NCBI GenBank assembly: GCA_028687755.1 | Contig: JAQTZL010000003.1 | Span: 61,804 to 125,803 of the forward strand | DNA from: Candidatus Nanopelagicales bacterium | GTDB lineage: Bacteria > Actinomycetota > Actinomycetes > S36-B12 | Reading direction: 5' to 3' | Length of the DNA: 64,000 nt | Shown: positions 47,768 through 59,272 of the stretch, one piece after another | How the letters are laid out: each line of letters opens with the position of its first letter | Numbering within the stretch: the stretch's first letter is position 1 | Made by a program: the position numbers and the translations under genes | The notes under the pieces: model-generated | What the model saw: only the letters and a program-made list of their open reading frames with translations | The model's database searches: none | What the model was told of the DNA's origin: nothing

Positions 47768-48496
47768 GCCAAGTAGTAGCCACCAAGTGGTGAGTGCTGC
47801 AAGCTCAACCGTGAGTGCAAAGGCAAGTGCGACAAAGACGACATAGAGAATTCGTGTTCCGCGATCTCCAAGTCTCACCGCCAACGTGTGTTTTCCAGCT
47901 TGAGTATCCGTTGGAATATCGCGCAAGTTGTTCACCACTAAAAGAGTGCAGATCAGTAAGCCAATTGCACATGCCGCAGCGACATCAGCTGCGTTCACCT
48001 TGAGGGTTTGGACGTACACGGTGCCGATGACGGGTACGAGACCAAAAAAGATGAAAACAAAAACTTCACCTAAACCTATGTACCCATATGGGCGCTGGCC
48101 ACCTGTGTAGAACCATGCTGCCGCGATGCAAGCAACGCCAACCAGAATGAGCCACCACTGTGATGTCATGAGCACTAGACCAAGGCCAGCAACCATCGCG
48201 ACGAAATAGCAAAGGAATGCTGCGAGTTTGACCTGCTTTGGCTCTGCGAGTTTCTGGCCGACGAGTCGCACTGGACCGACTCGCACCTCATCAGTGCCCT
48301 TGATGCCGTCGCTGTAGTCGTTTGAGAAATTCACACCGACCTGGAGGGCGAGTGCCACGATGAGCGCAAGCGCCACTCGGCTGAGCATGAAACTATCGAG
48401 GCGAGCAGCAAGGCCAGCTCCGATAGCAACAGGTGCAATTGCAGAAGGAAGGGTTCGAGGGCGTGAGCCACCAACCCATTGGCTCAGCGTTGCCAT
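47621..48496 (-). CDS. menA: 1,4-dihydroxy-2-naphthoate polyprenyltransferase
   Basis: UbiA-family polytopic protein with NDYSDGIKGTD (NDxxD) and a second D-rich loop NNLRDIPTD. Confidence 0.9.
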   Translation of the reverse strand: MATLSQWVGGSRPRTLPSAIAPVAIGAGLAARLDSFMLSRVALALIVALALQVGVNFSNDYSDGIKGTDEVRVGPVRLVGQKLAEPKQVKLAAFLCYFVAMVAGLGLVLMTSQWWLILVGVACIAAAWFYTGGQRPYGYIGLGEVFVFIFFGLVPVIGTVYVQTLKVNAADVAAACAIGLLICTLLVVNNLRDIPTDTQAGKHTLAVRLGDRGTRILYVVFVALAFALTVELAALTTWWLLLGLLSFVFAIQPVRIVISGAVGPALIIPLKQSGLLILIYGLTCGALLAWT

Positions 48497-49707
48497 ATTG
48501 CTCCGTCATGTGTGAGTTGAGTGACTGCTCGTCGATCGATCTTGTTATTGGGAAGTGTTGGTAGCGAATCAACAAAAGCAAAATTGCGAGGCACAGCTGC
48601 TTTTCCGAGTGCAGTGTGAAGTGAAGTGCGCAAAATTTGCGCAAGTTCAGATTGATCGACTAATGAATCCTCAAGAGTGATCGCTGCGTAGAGTTCAAAT
48701 TCACCATCGTTAGATGGTTGAGCGACTACGGCTGCAAGTTGCACACCTGCGAAGTTATTGATCACTTCTTCAACAGCATTAAGCGAAACATTGATGCCAT
48801 TAATCGTGATCACATCATCGCTGCGTCCGTCAATCACGAGCATGTTCTCGTAAGAACCTAAATCGCCAGTTCGATAACTTCGACCAAAGAATCGTTCAGC
48901 CGTCTGTTCTGGTTGGTTTCGGTATCCCAACGCAACCATGTCGCCAGTCAACACGATTTCGCTATTGAGCGGATCAATACTGATGCCAACGCCCGGCAGA
49001 GGTTGTGAGTTATAGACACACCCGCCGGCAGTTTCTGTTGCGCCGTATGTAGTGGTGAGGCTGACACCTGCTGCTCGGGCTGCTTGAGCCGTGGAAGCGG
49101 GGAGTGGCCCGCCACCAACAAGAATCTGAGCGCAGGATCGCAAGGCTTCTGTGCCTTCAGCTTCGCTCAACAACCGTCGAACTTGGGCCGCAACCAACGA
49201 GACACGAACATCGGGCGAGTGCTGCAAAGCAATGCGAACAGTTGCAGAGAATTCTTCTGAGGTGAATGGATTGAGCCCACCCAAACTCGAAAGTCCCAAC
49301 GCTGGCAGATCAGTTTCGGCAGCTCGCAGCACCACATTGAAACCACCCATTGACGTAATTGGCAGTGCTGCAATCCATTGAGGATTCGCATCGCCCTGGA
49401 TTGCCTTCGAAAGAGCGTGCAAGGTCGCAGCACTATGAAGGACGCCCTTGGGATGCTGCGTGGATCCTGACGTGGCCAGCACGACGGCGATCTCATCAGA
49501 TTCCAGAGGGATCGATTCATCGTCAGGTCTTGTCGCGGTCACGAGTTGGCTGACGTACTGAGGTGAAGTAGCTGGGGTAACCGTTGGAATGGGAGCGATA
49601 GCTGGGCCTGTGCCGTCTAAGGCAGTGCGTAGTGCCTCAGTGAGCACGCTCACGCCCTCAGCGCCCGGGGGGACCGAGAGGTGGAGGAGGGGTCGGGCAG
49701 GCATCAC
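48484..49707 (-). CDS. menE: o-succinylbenzoate--CoA ligase
   Basis: AMP-binding motif [13 protein letters not shown], plus YGATE and YRTGD. It sits in the men cluster. Confidence 0.8.
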   Translation of the reverse strand: MMPARPLLHLSVPPGAEGVSVLTEALRTALDGTGPAIAPIPTVTPATSPQYVSQLVTATRPDDESIPLESDEIAVVLATSGSTQHPKGVLHSAATLHALSKAIQGDANPQWIAALPITSMGGFNVVLRAAETDLPALGLSSLGGLNPFTSEEFSATVRIALQHSPDVRVSLVAAQVRRLLSEAEGTEALRSCAQILVGGGPLPASTAQAARAAGVSLTTTYGATETAGGCVYNSQPLPGVGISIDPLNSEIVLTGDMVALGYRNQPEQTAERFFGRSYRTGDLGSYENMLVIDGRSDDVITINGINVSLNAVEEVINNFAGVQLAAVVAQPSNDGEFELYAAITLEDSLVDQSELAQILRTSLHTALGKAAVPRNFAFVDSLPTLPNNKIDRRAVTQLTHDGAIWQR

Positions 49708-49737
49708 TGCAAGCGTAGTCGCGATAGCGTTTCACTC

Positions 49738-50670
49738 ATGGATACCCGTACGCGTTACACCTTGCCTCCCGTTGTTGCTGCTGATTCACCGGCAAAGTCA
49801 GATCCGGGGTACTCATCAGCCCTTCCTGCGTGCGTGTGGGAATCACAAGGTGAGTTTGGAGATATCAAATATGAAATCTCCACGGGAGATGCTGCTGGCA
49901 TCGCGAAGATCACGATTAACCGTCCGGAAAAACGAAATGCCTTCCGTCCACAAACCATCATCGAGTTGATCGACGCGTTTTCTCGTGCCCGAGATGACGG
50001 TCGCGTTGGCGTCATCATCTTGTGTGGCCAAGGAGACCTCGCCTTTTGTTCAGGTGGCGATCAGATCATTCGTGGCGACGATGGGTATATCGGCGATGAT
50101 GCTGTTGCTCAAGCTGGCGTTGGTCGTCTGAATGTGTTGGATCTTCAGATTTTGATTCGTCGTATTCCAAAGCCAGTAATTGCCATGGTGGCTGGTTATT
50201 CGATGGGTGGCGGACATGTGCTGCACGTGGTGTGCGACATGACTGTTGCTGCTGAGAATGCGCGCTTTGGTCAAACAGGCCCACGGGTTGGTTCATTCGA
50301 CGGTGGATATGGCTCGGGTCTGCTGGCTCGCATCATTGGTCAAAAGCGTGCCCGCGAAATTTGGTACCTGTGCCGTCAATACGGCGCAGAGCAGGCCTAT
50401 GACTGGGGCTTGGTCAACGAAGTCGTACCACTGAAGGACCTTGAAGTTGCAACCGTTGATATTGCACGCGAGATGTTGCAGTTGTCGCCTTTGGCTTTGC
50501 GTATGTTGAAGGCATCACATAACGCAGCTGACGATGGCCTTGCAGGAATTCAGCAGCTCGCGGGCGACGCCACCTTGTTGTTCTACATGAGCGAAGAAGC
50601 CCAAGAGGGTCGCGATGCTTACAAGGAAAAGCGCACTCCTGACTTCTCGAAGTTCCCTAAGCGTCCGTGA
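49738..50670 (+). CDS. menB: 1,4-dihydroxy-2-naphthoyl-CoA synthase
   Basis: Crotonase fold with [25 protein letters not shown] and C-terminal [20 protein letters not shown] 49738 was chosen over the ORF-track start 49681. Confidence 0.95.
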   Translation: MDTRTRYTLPPVVAADSPAKSDPGYSSALPACVWESQGEFGDIKYEISTGDAAGIAKITINRPEKRNAFRPQTIIELIDAFSRARDDGRVGVIILCGQGDLAFCSGGDQIIRGDDGYIGDDAVAQAGVGRLNVLDLQILIRRIPKPVIAMVAGYSMGGGHVLHVVCDMTVAAENARFGQTGPRVGSFDGGYGSGLLARIIGQKRAREIWYLCRQYGAEQAYDWGLVNEVVPLKDLEVATVDIAREMLQLSPLALRMLKASHNAADDGLAGIQQLAGDATLLFYMSEEAQEGRDAYKEKRTPDFSKFPKRP

Positions 50671-51689
50671 CGTTACCCGGCGCGCTTCTCCAAGGCGTCA
50701 CACCGTTTGCGATCACGTTGCATCGCGAATTTCGTGGTGTGACGTCGCGCGAAGGTGTCGTGATTCACGGTCCATCTGGATGGGGAGAATTCGCTCCATT
50801 TGAGGATTACGGAAATGAATACGCCGGCCGTTGGCTGGCCACCGCTTTAGAAGCTGCTTTTGGTGATTGGCCAACGAGCAAGCGTGAATTCATTGCAGTC
50901 AACGCAATCATTCCCGGAGTTACAGGTGAAGTCGCTGCTCAGCTTGTTCGTGATGTCGTGGGCACTGATGGCTGTTCAACAATCAAAGTAAAGGTGACGG
51001 GCGATCTTGCCAGCGATGAGGCGCGAGTTGCGGCCGTGCGTCAAACCCTGGATGAAGTGCTTGGCCTGGGCGTTGGCCAGATCCGCATTGATGCAAATGC
51101 TTGTTGGAGCGTTACGCAAGCAATTGACGCAATCCAGTGCCTATCTGCCTACTCGCTTGAATATGTAGAGCAACCAGTTGAACACAATGATGAATTGCGT
51201 GAAGTGCGCAGTGCCATTGATGTACCGATAGCTGTCGATGAATCCATTCGCAAAGATAAGAATCTCGATGCGCGGGCTTTGAAAGAATTACGGGAACTTG
51301 CCGATGTCGCGATCATCAAACCTGCACCTGTGGGCGGAGTTCATCGTGGCGTAGAAATCGCTGAACTGCTCAATATGCCGATCGTGGTCAGTAATGGCAT
51401 GGAATCGTCAATCGGTTTATGTACATCCCTTGCGTTAGCGGGAGCCCTGGATATTGATCGTGCTTGCGGTTTGGGTACTGGGAAATTGATTGCTCAGGAT
51501 CTGATTGCCGCACCGTTGGTGTCTCGCGGCGGAAACATGAAAGTGCAGCGTTTGGCGCCGGATGCTCATTCGTTGGCGGCCGCCCGTGCTCGGATAACTG
51601 AAGATCAGGCACAGTTCTGGCTTAAGCGTCTTGAGCAGGCATGGCACTCCGAAGCGGTCGCCCCATGGCATGAAAAGGTGGGAATGTGA
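50667..51689 (+). CDS. menC: o-succinylbenzoate synthase (enolase superfamily)
   Basis: TIKVKV..., [15 protein letters not shown] and AVDES metal/acid-base blocks. GTGA overlap with menB. Confidence 0.82.
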   Translation: MTLPGALLQGVTPFAITLHREFRGVTSREGVVIHGPSGWGEFAPFEDYGNEYAGRWLATALEAAFGDWPTSKREFIAVNAIIPGVTGEVAAQLVRDVVGTDGCSTIKVKVTGDLASDEARVAAVRQTLDEVLGLGVGQIRIDANACWSVTQAIDAIQCLSAYSLEYVEQPVEHNDELREVRSAIDVPIAVDESIRKDKNLDARALKELRELADVAIIKPAPVGGVHRGVEIAELLNMPIVVSNGMESSIGLCTSLALAGALDIDRACGLGTGKLIAQDLIAAPLVSRGGNMKVQRLAPDAHSLAAARARITEDQAQFWLKRLEQAWHSEAVAPWHEKVGM

Positions 51690-53476
51690 ACCCAAGTACA
51701 GCGTTAGCGCGAGTCATTGTTGATGAACTTCTTCGATGTGGCATCACTGATGTAGTACTCGCGCCCGGTTCGAGGTCTGCTGGCTTGGCGATTGCGCTTG
51801 CTGCCGCTGAAAGCCGCGGTGAATTAACGCTGCACGTGCGAGTTGATGAGCGATCCGCTGGCTTCTTAGCGTTGGGTCTTGGCAAGCTAAGTGGAGTACC
51901 TGCTGTTGTTGTCACTACTTCCGGCACTTCAGTTGCCAACCTGTTGCCGGCAATCATTGAGGCGGACTACTCAAATGTTCCCCTGTTGGCGTTGACTGCC
52001 GATCGACCTAGCGCACTTCGAGGGATTGGCGCGAATCAAACCATCAATCAGGTTGGAATTTTTGGTGGCAGTGTGCGCGATGCGATTGATCTTGCCGCAC
52101 CAGCCTCGGCGCATAACGACGACGATCAAGTTGCCCAGAATCGGGTGTGGCGATCAACGGTGGCCCGTGCAGTTGCTGCGACTACTGATGTCATGCGTGC
52201 AGGCCCAGTACATCTCAATGTGCAATTTGCTGAACCGCTCGTGCCAACAGATGAGTTGACTCCTGAAGAACAACTTGAAGTGATGCAGAGTGGTCCATTT
52301 GCCGGTCGACCAGATGGCCGCCCTTGGGTAGCCGATGCACGCCTGCTTGGCGGCATGAGTGTGCCTATTGATGAAGTCTTTGAAATGTTGCTTGATGACG
52401 CAACAATTCCAGAGCGAGGCTTGATTGTTGTGGGTGATCAAGCTGATGGTGAAGTGACTGATCTCGTTGATGAGTTGGGTGACGCCCTTGGTTGGCCGAT
52501 CATCGGTGAACCAAGCGGCAACGTCGCTGCATGTGACACCACGCTCGCGCACGGTGCGTTGATTCTCGCCAATGGTGAGTTTGCTGATGCGCATGTTCCA
52601 GATGTTGTGATCACGCTTGGTCGCATTGGGCTGAGTCGTGCAGTGCAAGGTCATATTGCTCGTGCAAAATTCCATATTGCTGTGGATGCGCAACCTCAAT
52701 GGAATGACTCCGCGCGTACAGCCGACGTTGTTGTGGCTTCGTGTCCGCTGCCACCAAGTGAGGGTGAGATTGGCAGCGATTGGCTGGAGTCGTGGCAGCG
52801 TGCTGATCTTCTCGCCGCTGTTGCGATTGAAACTGTGCTCGCTGGCGAGATTGCAAGTCTCACCGGAATGCATGTCGCTCGTGCTTGTGGGCAAGCGGTT
52901 CCTGAAGATGGTGTGTTCTTTGTTGGGCCTTCATGGCCGGTACGCCATGTTTACAATTTCGCTGCAAATGCATCTGGCAGTGCAGTGACGTTAGGTAATC
53001 GTGGCACTTCAGGCATTGATGGTTGTGTTTCAACTGCATGGGGTGCTGCAGTTGCGGCGCAGCGTGACAGTCAAGCCTCATGCATTGCATTACTTGGCGA
53101 TTTAACATTCTTGTACGACATCAATGGCTTGCGAGTTCCTTCAGTTGAGGCGCAACCAAATCTTGTCTACGTCATTAGCGACAACAACGGCGGCGGAATC
53201 TTCTCGCAGCTTGAACAAGGTGCACCGAAATTTGCTAGCTCGTTTGATCGAGTATTTGGCACGCCTCTTGATGCTGATATTGCGGCGACTGTGCAAGCTT
53301 TGGGTATCCCATGCATTGTTGTGACGAGTGTGGAAGAGCTCAATGTGGCGCTGACAAGATCAATAGCGGCTGGTGGGGTTGAGGTAATTGTTGCGCGAAC
53401 ATGTTCGCGTGAAAATGAAGCCGACGCGTTGAAAACAGTCAATGATGCAATCGAGCAAGCTCTCGCAACTGCTTAG
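51686..53476 (+). CDS. menD: 2-succinyl-5-enolpyruvyl-6-hydroxy-3-cyclohexene-1-carboxylate (SEPHCHC) synthase
   Basis: ThDP enzyme with APGSRSAGLA, TTSGTSVANL, LTADRP and GDLTFLYDINGL...DNNGGGIF. GTGA overlap with menC. Confidence 0.92.
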   Translation: MNPSTALARVIVDELLRCGITDVVLAPGSRSAGLAIALAAAESRGELTLHVRVDERSAGFLALGLGKLSGVPAVVVTTSGTSVANLLPAIIEADYSNVPLLALTADRPSALRGIGANQTINQVGIFGGSVRDAIDLAAPASAHNDDDQVAQNRVWRSTVARAVAATTDVMRAGPVHLNVQFAEPLVPTDELTPEEQLEVMQSGPFAGRPDGRPWVADARLLGGMSVPIDEVFEMLLDDATIPERGLIVVGDQADGEVTDLVDELGDALGWPIIGEPSGNVAACDTTLAHGALILANGEFADAHVPDVVITLGRIGLSRAVQGHIARAKFHIAVDAQPQWNDSARTADVVVASCPLPPSEGEIGSDWLESWQRADLLAAVAIETVLAGEIASLTGMHVARACGQAVPEDGVFFVGPSWPVRHVYNFAANASGSAVTLGNRGTSGIDGCVSTAWGAAVAAQRDSQASCIALLGDLTFLYDINGLRVPSVEAQPNLVYVISDNNGGGIFSQLEQGAPKFASSFDRVFGTPLDADIAATVQALGIPCIVVTSVEELNVALTRSIAAGGVEVIVARTCSRENEADALKTVNDAIEQALATA

Positions 53477-54759
53477 TTCTGTGTGAGTGCTTCGCGAATC
53501 GGTACGAGTTTGGCATTTGATTCCGCTAGCTCTTGGGTGGAATCTGATCCAGCGACAATCCCGCACCCGGCAAAGGCTCTGATTGTTCCAGCGTCTTGGT
53601 TAATTTCTGCACATCGCAAGGCGATGCCAAATTCACCATCACCGTGAGCATCAATCCAACCAACTGGCCCTGCATAACGCCCTCGATCCATGCCTTCGAG
53701 TTCGCGAATAGTGGCAAGTGCGCGCTCCGTCGGCGTTCCGCAGACCGCAGCTGTTGGATGCAAGAGCGCAGCAAGAGCAAGCACTGGTACATCGTCAGCG
53801 AGGCGACCAGTCACATCGGTTGCAAGATGTTGCACATTGGCAAGTTGCAACACATGTGGTTGATCAGGAACATCGAGGTCCGTGCAGTGCGCAGCAAGGG
53901 AGCGTGCGACCGAACGCACGGCATATTCATGTTCAGCAAGATCTTTTTCGGATGCAAGCAGCGCCTGCGCCATGTTTGCATCCACTTTCGCGTCGCCTTG
54001 GCTACGCACGGTTCCTGCAAGAACTCGGCTGGTAACGAGATCACCAGTTCGACGCACCAACAGTTCAGGTGTTGCACCTATGAGTCCGGAAACATTGAAC
54101 GTCCAGCACGATGGATACGAAGTTGCTAATGCGCTCAATACGCTTCGCGCATCAATGCTTCCTTCAACTTGGCCAATGATGTCGCGTGCAAGCACAACTT
54201 TATCGAGCTCGTTGTGGTTGATGCGGGTGATTGCCTCTTCAACGGCAAGCTTCCAGTTCGTTGAAGTTTGACTGCCATCAGTCCATTGCACATTGACCGG
54301 AGCCTTAGGAATGCTGACTGCGCGCAATTCATGGCGTGGATCGCCGTCGGTTCCAATTGTGGTGATCCACGATTGTCCGTTCTTGCGCCCAATGAGAACG
54401 CGCGGCACGATGATGATTGATCGGCCTGGTTCTGGATCGAAAGCAAATGAGGCAAATGCAACTGGACCAGTGCCGGGGATGGACACAGTGTCGTCAATTG
54501 CGGCTTGAGCGCAGAAATTGGACCACCAGCGCTGTGCGCGACTAAAACGTTCAGCACCGCTGACTTCAAGGCTGGCAGCGATTCCCCAGCCAACCATGCC
54601 CTCGCCATTGCGCACCCAACTGACTGCGTCACCGGAAGGAAGGAGGGCTAGCAAGTTGCCTGGATCATCAAGGTGGCGAGTGCGAACCTGAATGGGCGCA
54701 CCGATGCGCACGATGTTGCGCCCGGCTTGTTTGGCGAGCTCAATACTTGGGTCAGGCAC
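53473..54759 (-). CDS. menF: Isochorismate synthase
   Basis: Chorismate-binding core with LHPTAAVCGTP, GMDRGRYAGPVGW and AGCGIVAGSD. Confidence 0.88.
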   Translation of the reverse strand: MPDPSIELAKQAGRNIVRIGAPIQVRTRHLDDPGNLLALLPSGDAVSWVRNGEGMVGWGIAASLEVSGAERFSRAQRWWSNFCAQAAIDDTVSIPGTGPVAFASFAFDPEPGRSIIIVPRVLIGRKNGQSWITTIGTDGDPRHELRAVSIPKAPVNVQWTDGSQTSTNWKLAVEEAITRINHNELDKVVLARDIIGQVEGSIDARSVLSALATSYPSCWTFNVSGLIGATPELLVRRTGDLVTSRVLAGTVRSQGDAKVDANMAQALLASEKDLAEHEYAVRSVARSLAAHCTDLDVPDQPHVLQLANVQHLATDVTGRLADDVPVLALAALLHPTAAVCGTPTERALATIRELEGMDRGRYAGPVGWIDAHGDGEFGIALRCAEINQDAGTIRAFAGCGIVAGSDSTQELAESNAKLVPIREALTQN

Positions 54760-54809
54760 ATACCTAGCCTAGATGTGCGCAAGACTGGCCGCGGTGCAAG
54801 GATGCTTGC

Positions 54810-55502
54810 GTGACTCGTGCTGACTTATCCAAAGATCCTTCTGCAGTTGCGGCCATGTTCGATGGGGTTGCTGAGCGCTATGACCTCGCAAATGATGTGT
54901 TGGCCTTAGGTCAAACCCGCATCTGGCGCCGAGCGGTCCTCCAAGCGGTCAAACCTCAACCGGGCGAAATGATTTTGGACCTTGCTGCCGGTACCGGCAC
55001 TTCTAGTGTGCCGTTTGCTAAGGCTGGGGCAACCGTGATTCCCACCGATTTTTCCCTAGGAATGCTGCGAGTCGGCCATGAGCGCCAGCCTGAGCTGCCA
55101 TTTGTGGCTGGAGACGGACTAAACCTCCCATATCGTGACAAATCCTTCGATGCGGCCACAATTTCCTTCGGTTTACGCAATCTGGCCGACCGAGCCCGCG
55201 GATTGGCTGAATTTCGCAGGGTGCTCAAGCCTGGTGGGCGTTTAGTGATCTGTGAGTTCTCCCATCCCACCTTCAAGCCGTTTCGCACGGTGTACACCGA
55301 ATATCTGATGAAAGCCCTCCCGGCTGTCGCAACCAAAGTTGCGACCAATCCAGATGCGTACGTGTATTTGGCAGAGTCAATCCGAGCCTGGCCCGATCAA
55401 GCTGACCTAGGGCAAGAGCTCACCGATGCAGGGTTTGGCCAGGTCCAGTGGCGCAACCTTTCCGGAGGCATCGTGGCTGTCCACCGAGCAGTGAACCCGT
55501 AG
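54810..55502 (+). CDS. menG: Demethylmenaquinone methyltransferase
   Basis: UbiE/MenG blocks [32 protein letters not shown] and [13 protein letters not shown]. Confidence 0.9.
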   Translation: MTRADLSKDPSAVAAMFDGVAERYDLANDVLALGQTRIWRRAVLQAVKPQPGEMILDLAAGTGTSSVPFAKAGATVIPTDFSLGMLRVGHERQPELPFVAGDGLNLPYRDKSFDAATISFGLRNLADRARGLAEFRRVLKPGGRLVICEFSHPTFKPFRTVYTEYLMKALPAVATKVATNPDAYVYLAESIRAWPDQADLGQELTDAGFGQVQWRNLSGGIVAVHRAVNP

Positions 55503-55539
55503 CGCGTGTCCCTCATAGCCGCCACTATGCTTACGCCGG

Positions 55540-55557
55540 TCGTGAAGCCGTTCACAA
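55540..55557. promoter_or_regulatory. Rex operator upstream of nuoA
   Basis: TCGTGAA-GCCG-TTCACAA matches 13 of 14 specified positions of TTGTGAA-N4-TTCACAA. It lies 45 nt upstream of the nuoA GTG, in the 99-nt menG-nuoA gap. Confidence 0.65.
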
Positions 55558-55601
55558 ACGCGCAATCTGGCCACAATGTTTGCGAACCTCAGGAGCGTTG
55601 A

Positions 55602-55961
55602 GTGAACGTATATACGCCGATCCTCGTATTGGGTCTGCTCGCATTTGGTTTCGCTGTGTTCTCAGCAGTGATCGCACCCATTACTGGCCCCAAGCGTTAC
55701 AACCGCGCCAAGGTGGATGCCTACGAATGTGGCATCGAGCCAACTCCGCAACCCGTGGGTGGCGGACGTTTCCCGGTGAAGTACTACCTCACCGCAATGC
55801 TCTTCATCGTGTTTGACATTGAAATCGTCTTTTTGTATCCGTGGGCAGTTGCCTTCGATCGCATGGCTGTTTTCGGCTTGATCGAAATGGGGCTGTTCAT
55901 CGTCACCGTCCTCGTCGTCTACGCATACGTGTGGCGTCGTCGTGGACTCGAGTGGGATTAA
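55602..55961 (+). CDS. nuoA: NADH-quinone oxidoreductase subunit A
   Basis: Three TM helices with YECGIEP and FIVFDIEIVFLYPWA. SD AGGAG lies 6 nt upstream of the GTG. Confidence 0.95.
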   Translation: MNVYTPILVLGLLAFGFAVFSAVIAPITGPKRYNRAKVDAYECGIEPTPQPVGGGRFPVKYYLTAMLFIVFDIEIVFLYPWAVAFDRMAVFGLIEMGLFIVTVLVVYAYVWRRRGLEWD

Positions 55962-55973
55962 CCGGGAGTTCGC

Positions 55974-56528
55974 ATGGGTCTTGAAGAGAACCTGCCGTCT
56001 GGCGTCCTGTTGACGTCAGTTGAAAAGCTGGCTGGATACGCGCGTAAAGGGTCACTGTGGCCAGCAACCTTCGGTCTTGCCTGCTGCGCAATTGAGATGA
56101 TGGCCGTTGGCGGCCCACGTTTCGACATCGCACGTTTTGGCATGGAAGTGTTCCGTGCTTCACCACGTCAAGCCGATCTCATGATCGTTGCCGGCCGGGT
56201 GAGCCAGAAAATGGCCCCAGTGCTTCGTCAGATTTACGACCAAATGCCAAACCCAAAGTGGGTTCTAGCTATGGGCGTATGTTCGTCAAGCGGTGGCATG
56301 TTTAACAACTACGCAATCGTGCAAGGTGTTGATCACGTTGTTCCAGTCGACATCTACTTGCCTGGTTGCCCCCCTCGGCCTGAAATGTTGATCGATGCAA
56401 TCTTGAAATTGCACGATGAAATTCAAGACATGAAGCTCGGATCAAACCGTCGCGCACAAATGCGCGAGTTGGAAGCAGAAGCTCTCGTTGCGCCATCCAC
56501 TTCAGACATGAAGGGGCTCTTACGATGA
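55974..56528 (+). CDS. nuoB: NADH-quinone oxidoreductase subunit B
   Basis: N2 cluster ligands GLACCAIEM, ...GVCSSSGG... and LPGCPPRPE. Confidence 0.96.
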   Translation: MGLEENLPSGVLLTSVEKLAGYARKGSLWPATFGLACCAIEMMAVGGPRFDIARFGMEVFRASPRQADLMIVAGRVSQKMAPVLRQIYDQMPNPKWVLAMGVCSSSGGMFNNYAIVQGVDHVVPVDIYLPGCPPRPEMLIDAILKLHDEIQDMKLGSNRRAQMRELEAEALVAPSTSDMKGLLR

Positions 56529-57235
56529 GTGACACTCCTGTAGTGCCAGTCGTTCCCGCTGGTGTGAGTCAGTTTGAAGTCTTCCATGTGCGCGAAGGCG
56601 CTTTCGGTGCATCAGGTTCCGGCGACACTAGCGGTTTTGGTGGACTCGTTGAACTCATGCACATGCCAGAAGCATCAGTTCGCCCGTTCGGTGGATGGTT
56701 TGATGAAGTTGCAGATGAACTCGAGCTCTCGTTGAAAGCTCGCAACATCAGTGCGGCAGATGCAATTGAAAAAGTTGTGATTTCCTTCAACGAAATCACC
56801 TTCTTCATTCGCCGCGCGCAACTTGTCACAGTGCTCTCAACCCTGCGTGATGAGCCAGGCCTGCGCTTCGAATTTTCAACAGGCGTCAGCGGCGTTCATT
56901 ACCCAGGCGACACTGGCCGCGAATTGCATGCGGTTTACCACCTAATGTCGATCACCCACAACCGCCGCGTCCGGGTTGAAGTGGTGACTCCTGATTCAGA
57001 TCGCCACATTCCTTCCTCAGTCAGCGTGTACCCAACCAATGACTGGCATGAGCGCGAAACCTTTGACTTCTTTGGCATCATCTTTGATGGCCATCCAGCA
57101 TTGACGCGCATTGAAATGCCAGATGATTGGCCAGGTCACCCACAGCGTAAGGACTACCCATTGGGTGGCATTCCAGTTGAATACAAGGGCGCAACTATTC
57201 CGCCACCAGATCAGCGGAGGTCGTACAACTCATGA
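56525..57235 (+). CDS. nuoC: NADH-quinone oxidoreductase subunit C
   Basis: The 30-kDa subunit block [27 protein letters not shown] overlap. Confidence 0.95.
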   Translation: MSDTPVVPVVPAGVSQFEVFHVREGAFGASGSGDTSGFGGLVELMHMPEASVRPFGGWFDEVADELELSLKARNISAADAIEKVVISFNEITFFIRRAQLVTVLSTLRDEPGLRFEFSTGVSGVHYPGDTGRELHAVYHLMSITHNRRVRVEVVTPDSDRHIPSSVSVYPTNDWHERETFDFFGIIFDGHPALTRIEMPDDWPGHPQRKDYPLGGIPVEYKGATIPPPDQRRSYNS

Positions 57236-58593
57236 CCACAGATAACGTCACCTACACCAGTGCACCAGCGCAGGCCAACGATCCATATGCCAACCTCGGT
57301 GATTCCGAAGAGGGACGCATCTTCAACGTTGGCGGCGGCGACTGGGATTCAATCACTGTTGACCCCGATAGCGATTCAGAGCGCATCGTCATCAACATGG
57401 GTCCGCAGCACCCGTCAACTCACGGTGTGCTCCGTTTGATTCTTGAAATTGAAGGCGAGTACGTCACTGAAGCCCGCTGCGGCATTGGTTACCTACACAC
57501 CGGTATTGAAAAGAACATGGAGTTCCGTTCATTTACCCAAGGTGTTACGTACGCAACACGTATGGACTACCTAGCACCGTTCTTTAACGAAGCGGTGTAC
57601 TGCCTAGCAATTGAAAAGCTTCTTGGCATTACCGATCAAATTCCAGAACGTGCCAACGTCATTCGCGTGATGATGATGGAACTCAACCGAATTTCATCTC
57701 ACCTCGTGGCGCTTGCAACTGGTGGCATGGAGCTAGGTGCGCTCACCGCGATGGAATTTGGTTTCCGCGAACGCGAACTCATTCTCGACATTTTCGAAAT
57801 GATCACCGGCCTTCGCATGAACAATGCGTACATCCGTCCGGGCGGCGTTGCTCAGGATCTTCCTGCTGGCGCAGAAGAAAAGATTCGCGAAACTATTCCG
57901 CTACTTCGCAAGCGCTTGAAAGACACTGCTGATCTCTTAGTTGATAACAACATCTGGATGGGTCGCACCGTCGGCATCGGGTTCCTTGATCTCACCGGTT
58001 GTATGGCTCTTGGTGTTACTGGTCCAGTGCTTCGCGCGACTGGTTTCCCTCAAGACCTTCGTAAGTCTCAGCCTTACTGTGGCTATGAAAACTACGAGTT
58101 CGAAATCGTTACTGAAACCACTAACGATGCATACGGCCGCTTCCTCATTCGCATTCGCGAAATGGAGCAATCAATTCGCATCGTTGAGCAGGCACTTGAT
58201 CGCTTGCAGCCAGGTCCAGTGATGGTTGAAGACAAGAAGATTGCATGGCCAGCTCAGTTGTCTGTTGGCAGCGATGGCCAGGGCAACTCCCTTGAACACA
58301 TCCGCGAAATCATGTCGGAGTCAATGGAAGCGTTGATCCACCACTTCAAGTTGGTTACTGAAGGTTTCCGTGTTCCTGTTGGTCAGGTCTACACGGCGAT
58401 TGAAGCACCACGTGGAGAACTTGGATGTCACTTGGTGAGTGCTGGTGGCACTCGTCCATTCCGTGTGCACTTCCGCGATCCGTCATTCACGAATCTTCAG
58501 TCAGTTGCGGCTATGTGCGAAGGCGGTCAGATTGCTGACGTCATCGCAGCTGTTGCAAGCATCGATCCAGTTATGGGCGGAGTCGATCGCTAA
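57232..58593 (+). CDS. nuoD: NADH-quinone oxidoreductase subunit D (canonical)
   Basis: [32 protein letters not shown] and the C-terminal [11 protein letters not shown]. It sits in operon position between nuoC and nuoE. Confidence 0.97.
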   Translation: MTTDNVTYTSAPAQANDPYANLGDSEEGRIFNVGGGDWDSITVDPDSDSERIVINMGPQHPSTHGVLRLILEIEGEYVTEARCGIGYLHTGIEKNMEFRSFTQGVTYATRMDYLAPFFNEAVYCLAIEKLLGITDQIPERANVIRVMMMELNRISSHLVALATGGMELGALTAMEFGFRERELILDIFEMITGLRMNNAYIRPGGVAQDLPAGAEEKIRETIPLLRKRLKDTADLLVDNNIWMGRTVGIGFLDLTGCMALGVTGPVLRATGFPQDLRKSQPYCGYENYEFEIVTETTNDAYGRFLIRIREMEQSIRIVEQALDRLQPGPVMVEDKKIAWPAQLSVGSDGQGNSLEHIREIMSESMEALIHHFKLVTEGFRVPVGQVYTAIEAPRGELGCHLVSAGGTRPFRVHFRDPSFTNLQSVAAMCEGGQIADVIAAVASIDPVMGGVDR

Positions 58594-58615
58594 CGCGGTC
58601 GAGAGGTGAGAGAAC

Positions 58616-59269
58616 ATGGCCATTAACGAGCAGACACTTGCGAGCATGCGCGAACTTGTCGCACGCTACCCACAGCCGCGCTCTGCGCTACTGCCAATGC
58701 TGCATCTTGTGCAAAGCGCCGAAGGTGAAGTCACGAGCGAGGGCATTGCTGCTTGTGCTGAGGTGCTTGGCATATCGCCTGCTGAAGTCACTGGAGTTTC
58801 AACGTTCTACACGATGTACAAGCGCAAGCCAGTTGGCGAACACCACATTGGTGTTTGCGTCAACACGTTGTGTGGCCTCCTTGGTGGCGATGCCGTGTAC
58901 GAAGCACTTTCTGAACGCCTTGGTGTTGGTCACAACGAACCGACTGCTGATGGCAAGTTCTCACTTGAGCGCATTGAATGTCAGGCAGCATGTACGCACG
59001 CGCCAGTTATGACCGTCGACTGGGAATTCATGGACGACGTCACACCAACATCGGCACTGGATGTTGTTGAGCGTTTATCGCGTGGCGAACGCGTTGAATC
59101 AACGCGCGGTCCAGTTATCCGTAACTTCCAAGCAACTGAGCACACTTTGGCGTTCCCTGACGACGGCCTTGCCGGAGAAGGTAGTTCGGTCGATGCCAAG
59201 ATGCTCGCAGGTTTGCGTTACGCAAAAGAACACAACATGGCGGCCCCTCGTTCCGGACAGGAGGGCTAA
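58616..59269 (+). CDS. nuoE: NADH-quinone oxidoreductase subunit E
   Basis: [2Fe-2S] ligands in ...HIGVCVNTLC... and ...ECQAACTHAP... Confidence 0.95.
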   Translation: MAINEQTLASMRELVARYPQPRSALLPMLHLVQSAEGEVTSEGIAACAEVLGISPAEVTGVSTFYTMYKRKPVGEHHIGVCVNTLCGLLGGDAVYEALSERLGVGHNEPTADGKFSLERIECQAACTHAPVMTVDWEFMDDVTPTSALDVVERLSRGERVESTRGPVIRNFQATEHTLAFPDDGLAGEGSSVDAKMLAGLRYAKEHNMAAPRSGQEG

Positions 59270-59272
59270 GTC

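Noticed and set aside
52154-52894. 246-aa minus-strand ORF inside menD
   Set aside because: It is antisense to menD, shows no family features, and has a composition atypical for a real protein.
55448-55816. 122-aa plus-strand ORF bridging the menG end, the intergenic region and nuoA
   Set aside because: It is out of frame with both well-supported genes, and it would cover the Rex box and the nuoA SD.
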